NCBI GenBank assembly: GCA_964394405.1
Contig: CAYMVY010000001.1
Location: 494,633 to 558,632, forward strand
Source of the DNA: an uncultured Gammaproteobacteria bacterium
GTDB taxonomy: Bacteria; Patescibacteriota; Patescibacteriia; Magasanikbacterales; UBA922
DNA: 64,000 nt
Direction of reading: 5' to 3'
Numbering within the stretch: position 1 is the first letter of the stretch; each line of letters starts with the position of its first letter. Shown one piece after another: positions 1 through 7,930 of the stretch. A program made the position numbers and the translations under genes. Below the pieces are notes generated by a model. The model worked only from the letters and a program-made list of their open reading frames with translations, made no database searches and had not been told where the DNA came from.

Positions 1-13
1 GGCCCTCGCGGCC

Positions 14-1768
14 ATGGCGTTCTTCTACCTCGGCGGATGCGAGAGCGTCCCGCCGGAGGCGAGCAACAACAGCAACAACACCTTCACGGTGGCAAACAAC
101 GTCGACATGGATGGTGACGGTGTCGTGGAAGGTGGCGTTCCCGGTGGGGACGTCACCCTCGTGATCCGCCAGACCTGCGAGACGGCTCCGAACGAGGGAA
201 CCGAGGAGCTCTGCTTCTCGACCTTGAGCGGTGCCCTGCGCGGGACCGGCGACTGCGATGGCTACCCGAACGACGATCCGGCCGTGTGCTTCGACGGCGG
301 GCTCGACTGCTCGCAGACGAAGTACAGCGTCTGTGCGCTCTGCATCCACCCCGCGGGCGTCGGCATCAATGCCGCGACCGAGGTGTGCGATGGCGTCGAC
401 AACGACTGCGACGCGCAGGTCGACGAAGGGTTGATCTGCATCACGAGCTGCGACGACGGCGACGCGTGCACGTTCGACGGGACGCCCACGGTGAACGGGT
501 GCCCCGAGAAGACGGCCGTGCCCGGGTGCTGCCACTACGACGAGACTTCTGACACGGACGACAACGAGTGCCCGGCGACTCACGAGTGCGTGGAGAACAA
601 CACCTGCGCCCCCGTGACCTGCCAGCCGACCAACGCCTGCTTCACCGCGGCGGTGGTCAACCACGACTGCGTCCAGACCGCCAAGCCGGTCGACGACGCG
701 AACGCGTGCACCACCGACGCCTGCAATACGGCGACCGGTGCGATCACGCATACGGCACTCGCAACGATTGACGACAGCAACGCGTGTACCGTGGACGCGT
801 GCAATACGGCCACCGGCGCCGTCACGCACACCCCGGTCGCGATCGACGACATGAACTCGTGCACGACGGACGCCTGCAACACGACGAGCGGCGCCATCAC
901 CCACACCAAGATCCTGGGCTGCGCTGCCCAGTGCAATGTGGAGCACGACAACGACGGTGAGGCCACGAGCGATTGTGCGCCCTACCGCGACCCGCAGCTC
1001 TCCAACCTCTACGGCTGGGGCTGCTGGCCGACCACCATCACCACCGACCCCAACAACATGGGCACCTGCGTCGCCTACGAGGACCAGGACAACGACGAGT
1101 TCGTCGACGTGCCGGAGCGCTTCTGCGCCGATGGTATCGACGGTGATCTCGACGGCAAGACCGACGGGGCCGACAGCGACTGCCCGGTCTGCACCAACGT
1201 CGACCAGTGCGACGATGGTGACCCGTGCACGACCGATTCCTGCAGCGCCAACCTGTGCGTCTGGACGGTCATCGCGGGCTGCATCGAGTGTCAGACGAAC
1301 GCGCAGTGCCCGCTCGGGAAGACGTGCGGCGAGGACAACACCTGCCACACGACCACCCCCCCGACCACGTGCTCGCCCTCGAACCCGTGCCCGTCCGGCT
1401 ACTACTGCGCGGATGGGGTCGCCCAGTGCTTCGTCTTCGCCGACCAGCGCGGCAACACGTCGTCCTACGAATCCGGCCTCGACAGCAAGCCGGACACCAC
1501 CCCCGACAACTTCGACAACGACGGCGATGGATTCTGCGAGACGGCGCCCTGCGTCGGCTCGCTCGATCCGCGTCTCACGGTCTCGGGGTTGCAGGGTGGT
1601 GACTGCGATGACAACCCGGCTGGCCCCGGGACCTTCGTCATCAGCTGGACCGATGCCGGCGGCGTCTCCCGCTCGTTCACGACCGATGGTTCCTACAACA
1701 ACCGTCCGGGCGCGATCGACTGGGCCGACAACTACGACAACGCGTGCAAGGGCCACCCGTTCCTGTGA
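14..1768 (+). CDS. Secreted, possibly lipidated Cys/Asp-rich repeat protein. It has three tandem ~28-aa repeats (DDxNxCTxDACNTxTGAxTHT), Myxococcus-type cysteine-rich repeats (CDDGDPCTTDSC) and a TEVCDGVDNDCDAQVDEG motif (MopE-like putative metal-binding). The 5' end may be cut by the window edge.
   Basis: The ORF runs without stops from the window edge. An LGGC lipobox-like sequence lies only 8 aa from the first Met, so the true start is probably upstream. Cys spacing is strongly periodic and GC3 is very high (GAC, AAC, TGC, GGC codons), unlike the rest of the window. The C-terminal ~90 aa share motifs with the C-terminus of the 3990..6008 protein (DGDxxCETAPC, GGDCDD, DGSYxNxPG, DxNYDNxC). 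Confidence 0.6.
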   Translation: MAFFYLGGCESVPPEASNNSNNTFTVANNVDMDGDGVVEGGVPGGDVTLVIRQTCETAPNEGTEELCFSTLSGALRGTGDCDGYPNDDPAVCFDGGLDCSQTKYSVCALCIHPAGVGINAATEVCDGVDNDCDAQVDEGLICITSCDDGDACTFDGTPTVNGCPEKTAVPGCCHYDETSDTDDNECPATHECVENNTCAPVTCQPTNACFTAAVVNHDCVQTAKPVDDANACTTDACNTATGAITHTALATIDDSNACTVDACNTATGAVTHTPVAIDDMNSCTTDACNTTSGAITHTKILGCAAQCNVEHDNDGEATSDCAPYRDPQLSNLYGWGCWPTTITTDPNNMGTCVAYEDQDNDEFVDVPERFCADGIDGDLDGKTDGADSDCPVCTNVDQCDDGDPCTTDSCSANLCVWTVIAGCIECQTNAQCPLGKTCGEDNTCHTTTPPTTCSPSNPCPSGYYCADGVAQCFVFADQRGNTSSYESGLDSKPDTTPDNFDNDGDGFCETAPCVGSLDPRLTVSGLQGGDCDDNPAGPGTFVISWTDAGGVSRSFTTDGSYNNRPGAIDWADNYDNACKGHPFL

Positions 1769-2023
1769 ACGTGGTAAGGCGCATGTAGCGTCTTAACAAC
1801 AAGCGGAAGTTCCGCATTACATATCTGAACTCGTCATGCGGCACGAGAACAGATCACGGATCTGGTCGAAGGATCAGAACACAACTAGCCGCACCAAGGA
1901 GAAATATAGAAGGGAGAGAAGACAAGTATGATCTCGGCAGCAATGCCCCGATCGTCGAGTCTCTCTCCCGGTCTCAATTCTATTCCTCATCATGATGATG
2001 GGGGAGAGATAGAGAAGAAATTC

Positions 2024-2043
2024 AAAACTCAAAGTTCAAAACG
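2024..2043 (-). repeat. Third, solitary copy of the 20-bp end motif of the four-helix-bundle cassette (CGTTTTGAACTTTGAGTTTT).
   Basis: It is the exact 20-bp reverse complement of 11693-11712. It is also present with one mismatch at 6242-6260. Confidence 0.6.
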
Positions 2044-2437
2044 CAAAAGTAAAAAGAAAAATTTCTGAAATGTAGATAATAGATTTCAGATTCCAACATA
2101 TCTTTATCAAGTAAGACTGAACACTCAAAGTAATACATATTAGTGAGATACGCGTGAAGTTGTATTGGTAGAGAGATGTTGGAAACAAAGTAAAAAGAAG
2201 AGAAAAAAGAAAATACAAAACTCAATGCCGGTGGTAATGATAAGGCGGAAAGTAAATTACAATTCAATACACACCGCGTGGAATACGCGCGGGGAGAAAG
2301 CTCGCGCCTTGCGAGTTTTTTCAATAAACCGTAGAATGTACCCTTGCTAGTGCAATCAAAAACTTCTACTACCACGGGAATATAGGGAACTGTATGTCAG
2401 TGGCGGGAGAGGTTTCGGAAAAAATCTCACTGCACAG

Positions 2438-3613
2438 ATGGAGCAACTCATGCCATTTCGCGTCCTTTTGATTTCGTTCGCCCTGCTCTTCGGAGCGTGC
2501 GATAATACGATCGCGGGCTCTGTCCGCCAGATCGACCACACCACTCCCACCATCCTGAATATCGCGGACACGATCGAGCATAATACCTCGGTCGAAGACG
2601 CGGAGGATACCCACGTCCACATGGACGAGACCTCGGAAGACACGCGTGTCGAGGAAACTCAAGACACGGTCTCGACCGCAGAGACTGAGGTTGTGACTGA
2701 CACGATTGTCCCGGACACTGCTCCGGAGACGATCGAGGAAGTCGATAGTACAGACGACACCATCAATACAGAGGACACGGTCACCGTGGACACACGGGAT
2801 ACCCTGTCTCAGCCCGAGGTCACTCTAGCCGAGTGCACCCTCGACGCCGACTGCGTTGATGAAGACGAGCTGTGTTTCGAGGGCGAGTGTGTGACTGCGC
2901 ATGCTCTCTGCATGGCACACACCTCTGACCACATCTACCCTGAGCTCGAACTCTGCTGTGTCAAACAGCATCCGGTGTCTCAGGGAGAGGGACTCTGCTC
3001 CTACAGCATGGTCACGGATGAAATAGTGTTCTACTCATGTGTCGAACAAGGGACGAGCCTCGTAATCGAGGAAGTCTCGTGCGTCGATCACGACGAGGAC
3101 ACGAGTGATTCGTGTGATCAGTCGTCTGGGTGTGAAAACACCCCGATCGATTCAGACGACGACCTGTTCTATGACTCAGAGGACGACTGCCCCTTCGAAG
3201 CAGAGGTCTACGACTTCTACGACGACTGGGATGGCTGTCCCGAGGATGACCAGGACCACGACGGCTGGGCCCCACCAGAAGACTGCGACGACGACTCGAC
3301 CATAGACGGGCCTCTGGCCACGTACTGCGAGGACGAGTTCGGCTTCTACGTGATGATCAACACGTACGTCGACGACCTGTTCTACCCAGACTGTCTCGAG
3401 GACTCGTCACTGATCTTCCTGACCGATGGGTCGTTCTTCAATGGAGCGCACATCGCGGGCCAGGACTACCCGGGCGATGAGTTCGACAACGACTGCGACG
3501 GCCAGGCTGATGAAGCAGGTGAGACCGGGCTTATCGACTGCTGGTGGTACGAACTCGGTGAGTTCGTCTCACTGGTCGAGTGCCTGTGGATGACCGAGGA
3601 ATTGGCGGATTAG
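2438..3613 (+). CDS. Acidic secreted lipoprotein. It has a signal peptide with an LFGAC lipobox-like cysteine, a long Thr/Asp/Glu-rich linker, Cys-rich modules, thrombospondin-type-3-like Asp-rich calcium-binding motifs (DDDLFYDSEDDCPF, DDWDGCPEDDQDHDGW) and a GDEFDNDCDGQADE motif.
   Basis: The ORF is complete. GC3-rich codon usage contrasts with the AT-rich flanks, and the signal peptide is followed directly by Cys. Confidence 0.55.
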   Translation: MEQLMPFRVLLISFALLFGACDNTIAGSVRQIDHTTPTILNIADTIEHNTSVEDAEDTHVHMDETSEDTRVEETQDTVSTAETEVVTDTIVPDTAPETIEEVDSTDDTINTEDTVTVDTRDTLSQPEVTLAECTLDADCVDEDELCFEGECVTAHALCMAHTSDHIYPELELCCVKQHPVSQGEGLCSYSMVTDEIVFYSCVEQGTSLVIEEVSCVDHDEDTSDSCDQSSGCENTPIDSDDDLFYDSEDDCPFEAEVYDFYDDWDGCPEDDQDHDGWAPPEDCDDDSTIDGPLATYCEDEFGFYVMINTYVDDLFYPDCLEDSSLIFLTDGSFFNGAHIAGQDYPGDEFDNDCDGQADEAGETGLIDCWWYELGEFVSLVECLWMTEELAD

Positions 3614-3989
3614 CCCGCCCTATCCTCCACTTCGTGGGTGGGTCAGTGCATGCAATGGTTCGTAATTACGATGAGCCTGTATGTTCTTGACCCACCCGCG
3701 ACTACACAACTCCCTGTTGACTAATAGAGGTTTATATGTTACTGTTTGCAGTTGCGTAAGGAAATTCGCATCTTGTACGTCTTATAGCGGCGTGTAGTAT
3801 GCGGCGCTTGACTTAGGTCGAGCCCAAGGTTCTTTTACATATAGTGTTTTGTGAAAATTTGTATAGTCAAGAAACGGTGGATGTGTTTGTGCTCTCAACA
3901 AAGGCACGAATGCACCCCCGTTTCTTGACTGCGGTAGGTTCCGCAGCACAAGGATGGGTTCACGGCACATTCCCAGGAGGGAAACCGCC

Positions 3990-6008
3990 ATCATGTTGCT
4001 TCTGAAGAAGATCCACGAACGCTCCATCATCTTGATGGGGGTGTTCGCCCTGCTCGTGGGGTTCACGAGCGCCTGCATCGATGACGGGTCGCGAGACCCG
4101 GTCGGGTTCACCCAGGGTGCCAGTAACGACGGCGACAACGACGGCGTGCCGGACAACCCGGACAACTGCCCCGGGGTCTACAACCCGGGTCAGGAGAACA
4201 ACGACGGCGACTACGAGCCGTACGATGGGCAGATGGGCGACGCCTGCGACGACGACGACGACAACGACGGCGTCGAGGACGTCGACGACAACTGCCAGTT
4301 CGTCTGGAACGAAGACCAGCTGAACACCGACTGGGAGCTCTCCGAGGAGGAGAACTCGACGGTGGTCGGCGACAACATGGGCGACGCATGCGACGACGAC
4401 GACGACAACGACGACGTCTGCGACATGGGGGTCATGCTCTACAACGCGGACGTGTTGCCGAAGTCGGAGTGCGAGGGCTGGGACAACTGCCAGTTCACGT
4501 ACAACCCCGACCAGGAGAACCTGGACCAGGACTACTGGGGCGACGCCTGCGACGATGACGGCGACTGGGACGGTGTCTTCAATGACGAGGACAACTGCCC
4601 CGAGACCCAGAACCGATTCCAGGAAGACCTCGATCAGGACGGTATGGGCGACGCCTGCGATCCAGACGACGACAACGACGGCGCCTGCGATCCTCACCAT
4701 GAGGCGCGGCTCCCCTCGGCTCCGTGGCTTGAGGAATCACCGGATCAGTGCGAGGGCTGGGACAACTGCCCCGACCTCGAAAACCCTGATCAGTCTGATT
4801 GGGATGGCGACGGCAAGGGGGACTGGTGCGACGGCGATTGCCGTGGTGATGGGTTCTTCGAGGCCTACTACCCCGAGGACTTCCCGAACCTCTACTGCGA
4901 CGGCGACGACAACTGCACCCTCGACTCCGAGGAGTGCGACGACGAGAACAACTGCACCCTCGACTACTGGTGCAGCGATGGTGAAGGCGGCGAGTGCACG
5001 CACGAGAAGGACTACGAGAAGGGGGAGTGCATCGAGTGGTGCAACAACAGCGGACAGGGGCAGTGCAACGATCACGACCCCTGCACCGATGACGACTGCG
5101 AGGGCAACACGTGCGAGCATCAGCTCGACATCACCAACCTGGGCTGCGAGGAGCCGGGGTGCGACAACAACAACGACTGCGAGGACAACAACCCCTGCAC
5201 GGACGACGTCTGCAACCAGGAGACCGGCCAGTGCAGTCACAACAACGACAACACGAACGTCTGCGCCGACGCCGACCTCTGTGACGGCACCGAGACCTGC
5301 GTCTCGGGCGTCTGCACGGATCAGGAGGACCTCGTCTGCAACGACAGCAACCCCTGCACCGACGACACGTGCGTCCCGGCCACGGGTTGCTCCTACAGCA
5401 ACGACAACACGAACGTCTGCGCCGACGCCGACCTCTGTGACGGCACCGAGACCTGCGTCTCGGGCGTCTGCACGGATCAGGAGGACCTCGTCTGCAACGA
5501 CAGCAACCCCTGCACCGACGACACGTGCGTCCCGGCCACGGGTTGCTCCTACAGCAACGACAACACGAATGTGTGTACGGACGGCAACTCCTGCACAACC
5601 GACACCTGCTCGAGCGGTCAGTGCGTGGGCACGCCGATCCAGGAGTGTGGCGTCGTGGATCTCCACGGCGACACCCCGCCTGGTGTGGGTGGTGGAAACG
5701 GCGGACCGAATGCGGACGGAACCGATGACGCGAAGGATGACGACGGCGACTGCTATTGCGAGACCGCGCCGTGCACGTCCTCGGTGAACTCGACTTGCGG
5801 GCCCCTCCTCGGAGGCGACTGCGACGATGATCCGGACGACTCGGCCATGACGGTGAGGAATCCGGGTCCGAATCAGTTCTCGTCGGACGGCAGCTACTAC
5901 AACAACCCGGGTACGGACGGTCAGCAACCGAACGGGAACGAGTGGTGGGACGACAACTACGACAACGACTGCGACAACGTGGTCGACGACGGGTTCCCCG
6001 CGAACTGA
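3990..6008 (+). CDS. Secreted, likely lipoprotein, with N-terminal thrombospondin type-3 (TSP3) calcium-binding repeats followed by multiple Myxococcus-type cysteine-rich repeats. The C-terminal domain is shared with the 14..1768 protein.
   Basis: The TSP3 consensus DxDxDGxxDxxDNCPxxxNxxQxDxDxDGxGDxCD is matched several times (DNDGVPDNPDNCPGVYNPGQENNDGDYEPYDGQMGDACDDDDDNDGVEDVDDNCQF...). Repeated NPCTDDxC / CxDGxExC modules follow. The start at 3990 is preferred because a signal peptide (MLLLKKIHERSIILMGVFALLVGFTSAC) sits behind an AGGAGG ribosome-binding site; the alternative ATG is 3954. GC3 is very high. Confidence 0.65.
   Translation: MMLLLKKIHERSIILMGVFALLVGFTSACIDDGSRDPVGFTQGASNDGDNDGVPDNPDNCPGVYNPGQENNDGDYEPYDGQMGDACDDDDDNDGVEDVDDNCQFVWNEDQLNTDWELSEEENSTVVGDNMGDACDDDDDNDDVCDMGVMLYNADVLPKSECEGWDNCQFTYNPDQENLDQDYWGDACDDDGDWDGVFNDEDNCPETQNRFQEDLDQDGMGDACDPDDDNDGACDPHHEARLPSAPWLEESPDQCEGWDNCPDLENPDQSDWDGDGKGDWCDGDCRGDGFFEAYYPEDFPNLYCDGDDNCTLDSEECDDENNCTLDYWCSDGEGGECTHEKDYEKGECIEWCNNSGQGQCNDHDPCTDDDCEGNTCEHQLDITNLGCEEPGCDNNNDCEDNNPCTDDVCNQETGQCSHNNDNTNVCADADLCDGTETCVSGVCTDQEDLVCNDSNPCTDDTCVPATGCSYSNDNTNVCADADLCDGTETCVSGVCTDQEDLVCNDSNPCTDDTCVPATGCSYSNDNTNVCTDGNSCTTDTCSSGQCVGTPIQECGVVDLHGDTPPGVGGGNGGPNADGTDDAKDDDGDCYCETAPCTSSVNSTCGPLLGGDCDDDPDDSAMTVRNPGPNQFSSDGSYYNNPGTDGQQPNGNEWWDDNYDNDCDNVVDDGFPAN
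5244..5555 (+). repeat. Perfect in-frame 156-bp tandem duplication (2 copies) inside the 3990..6008 CDS. It encodes NDNTNVCADADLCDGTETCVSGVCTDQEDLVCNDSNPCTDDTCVPATGCSYS twice and is followed by a diverged partial third unit.
   Basis: Direct comparison shows 5244-5399 identical to 5400-5555. The third unit diverges from about 5569 (GAATGTGTGTACGG against GAACGTCTGCGCCG). Confidence 0.9.
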
Positions 6009-6177
6009 ACGCCGGTCACGAGCCGGATACGAAAAGGGTATAGCTGAGCCCTGAACACGGAACGAGCCAGGTGGCTCGAACAGCAACCCGGGAGTGGGGC
6101 GGCGCAATTCATGCGCTGCCTCCTCCCGACTTCTACAGTGTTCTCATGTATATGAGAGTAGTGAAGAAGTTACAATA

Positions 6178-6214
6178 AAAAAACATCCTATCATGCATCG
6201 GGATGTTTTTTAAA
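6178..6214. terminator. Bidirectional rho-independent terminator between the converging genes 3990..6008 (+) and 6425..7876 (-).
   Basis: AAAAAAACATCC-loop-GGATGTTTTTT: a 6-7 bp stem with an A-run on one side and a T-run on the other. Confidence 0.6.
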
Positions 6215-6221
6215 TTGAAAA

Positions 6222-6392
6222 AATTAGTATAACTCAAAACGTAAAACTCAAAGTTCAAAATTATAACTCAAATCTCAAAACTTTTTTCAAATCATTTTTT
6301 GAATCTAGTTTAGTCATAATCCCTCCCTGATTAAGTTTTAAATTTTACGTTATAGTTTTACGTTTTGACATTTGAGTTTTGAGTTATGCTAA
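6222..6392 (-). mobile_element. MITE-like, internally deleted, inverted copy of the four-helix-bundle gene cassette found at 11236..11722. It has ~18-bp terminal inverted repeats (ATTAGTATAACTCAAAAC ... GTTTTGAGTTATGCTAAT) and retains the promoter/RBS, the first 9 codons and the last few codons of the cargo gene.
   Basis: The reverse complement of 6290-6395 matches 11236-11344 with 2 mismatches. The reverse complement of 6222-6289 matches the 3' end and downstream flank of the gene (11670-11712). About 325 bp of ORF interior is missing, with the junction at GATTTGAAA|AAAGTTTTGAG. Confidence 0.8.
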
Positions 6393-6424
6393 TCTTCCCC
6401 TCCTTTTACTTTTTATTTTGCAAA

Positions 6425-7876
6425 TTACAAATCCTTCTCCGAATTTCTAATAAAATTAAACGTTTCTTTCTTCTCTCGATACAACACGCCAAACATAGCA
6501 CCCCACCACACCCACGTCATCCACATGACCGGTGTATGATGAAGCATGTTGTCGCCAAGACTCATGACACCAAAAGCAATAATCCAGCCCAGGAGATGTA
6601 TCGAGAGCGCGTGCGTTCCCATCCACACCTGGTCGAGATAAAATTTTCCTGCATTCCATACGAGTAACCACAGGAAGAGGAGATAGGTGAAAAGACCAAT
6701 CGTACCAAGCTCAATTGCAAATCGGAGATAATCATTGTGTGATTCAGTACTGTCGTCCCGGATATGTAGAGGGCTCTGTTCGTTTTCCCATACACGGGGG
6801 AAACTACCGTACCCGTATCCATACCACGGCCGCGCGAGAAATATAGGCACTGACTCAGAGATCAGATTTTGTCGCCATGAAATAGAGTCAGCTTCCTCAT
6901 CACGTGTAGTCAATCGTTGAATGAGCTGAATCCGCTCGAGATTGAAGTTGGTATATTTTTCGAGTACCTGATTGAGTGGGGAAAATATGAGGTAGAGTAT
7001 GAGCGTACCGAGTGCCAATATTCCCAAAAATTTTCTGAATTTTGCGAGACCAATCACTACGAGAAAAATGCCGAGTCCCACCCATGCACCACGAGTGAAG
7101 GTACAGGCAAGGAGAATCAAGAGAAAGAGGGTAATCAGATGTGCATATAATTTTTTGCGTGTGAGATAGAATGTTCGATCAATATATGCATGGTGAATAT
7201 GAATGAAGAGAAGAGAGACAATAAAAAAAGCAAATACATTGGGATGCGCAAAGGTGCCAAAAATGCGATCGCGGATATCAAAGGTGGTAATTCCTTTACC
7301 AAAAAATAATTGGAATATGCCAAATGCAATTGGGATAATACTCCCAACTACAATTGAAAGCGTGAGTTCGCGGAGACTGATATATTTTTTTCCAATAAAA
7401 ATGAATCCGAGAACAAAGAGGATGATAAGCACGAGGAATTTGACGCTCTCGAGTGCAGTCTCCATGGGAACAATGCTGACCATAGTACTCCCGAACATGA
7501 GTACGAGGAGGAGCATTGCAATTTTTAGTCCAGGAATTCGGTATGATCGTTGCAAGTGTGTCGCGAGCATGAATATTCCCCATAGCGCGATAATCATCGA
7601 GAATCCGGCATTGATATTCATCTGAACGCCTGCAACTCCTCCGAGTGACACATCTCGCCAAGTATCGAGAGTGGGGCGGAGTGCCAGGAAAACAAGTAAT
7701 AATTTTTCTCGCAAAAATATATGCCCAAAATACAATAGAGCGATCATGAGAAGTATGAGATCGATTTCGATAATCGGATTCACGAGTATGACCAGAAGAA
7801 AAATCACAGCGACAATCGAGTGGACTCGATTGCGTTGTGGTAGGGAAGACTGCATTGTTTTGAAATATTGGTACAT
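6425..7876 (-). CDS. O-antigen ligase / Wzy_C family polytopic membrane protein (WaaL-like).
   Basis: It has about 10 transmembrane segments and the characteristic periplasmic-loop motifs TRGAW ... GYGYGSF ... ESHNDYLRFAIELGTIGL (the HN-x-YL-x4-E-x-G signature). Confidence 0.8.
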   Translation of the reverse strand: MYQYFKTMQSSLPQRNRVHSIVAVIFLLVILVNPIIEIDLILLMIALLYFGHIFLREKLLLVFLALRPTLDTWRDVSLGGVAGVQMNINAGFSMIIALWGIFMLATHLQRSYRIPGLKIAMLLLVLMFGSTMVSIVPMETALESVKFLVLIILFVLGFIFIGKKYISLRELTLSIVVGSIIPIAFGIFQLFFGKGITTFDIRDRIFGTFAHPNVFAFFIVSLLFIHIHHAYIDRTFYLTRKKLYAHLITLFLLILLACTFTRGAWVGLGIFLVVIGLAKFRKFLGILALGTLILYLIFSPLNQVLEKYTNFNLERIQLIQRLTTRDEEADSISWRQNLISESVPIFLARPWYGYGYGSFPRVWENEQSPLHIRDDSTESHNDYLRFAIELGTIGLFTYLLFLWLLVWNAGKFYLDQVWMGTHALSIHLLGWIIAFGVMSLGDNMLHHTPVMWMTWVWWGAMFGVLYREKKETFNFIRNSEKDL

Positions 7877-7930
7877 GGTATACTACTGCACGAATACACA
7901 CGTGTGTAGTATATCCTACTTTTCCAACAG

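Noticed and set aside
936-1796. Long alternative-frame and antisense ORFs inside the GC-rich genes (e.g. 936-1796, 286-552, 4555-5787, 4737-6107 minus, 3960-4700 minus, 5131-5598 minus). They encode Arg/Pro/Thr-rich or Val/Ala-rich low-complexity proteins.
   Set aside because: They are expected artefacts of roughly 65% GC DNA, where stop codons are rare. They lack start context, and their composition simply mirrors the codon structure of the real frame, whose Cys periodicity and recognisable repeats make it the true CDS.
2022-2375. Small ORFs in AT-rich intergenic DNA (2022-2375 minus, 2165-2350 plus).
   Set aside because: The sequence is low-complexity Lys/Phe/Leu-rich with no RBS. The region is better explained as intergenic DNA carrying a dispersed repeat remnant and a hairpin.
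14-6008. A diversity-generating retroelement acting on the repetitive Cys-rich proteins.
   Set aside because: No reverse transcriptase ORF exists anywhere in the window. No template-repeat/variable-repeat pair with adenine-specific mismatches was found. The repeats are ordinary protein-module repeats.
6221-6290. Possible CRISPR-like array suggested by the recurring AAACTCAAA / GTTCAAAACG units.
   Set aside because: The units are short (9-10 bp), irregularly spaced and degenerate, and there are no spacer-like unique segments or cas genes. They are the building blocks of the element's terminal inverted repeats.
1-6424. Contig chimera or mis-assembly as the explanation for the GC-rich genes.
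   Set aside because: Three points argue against it. The GC-rich stretches coincide precisely with coding regions. The intervening and flanking intergenic DNA is AT-rich, like the rest of the contig. That intergenic DNA also contains a copy of the local dispersed repeat and host-type terminators. Read-level confirmation is still recommended.
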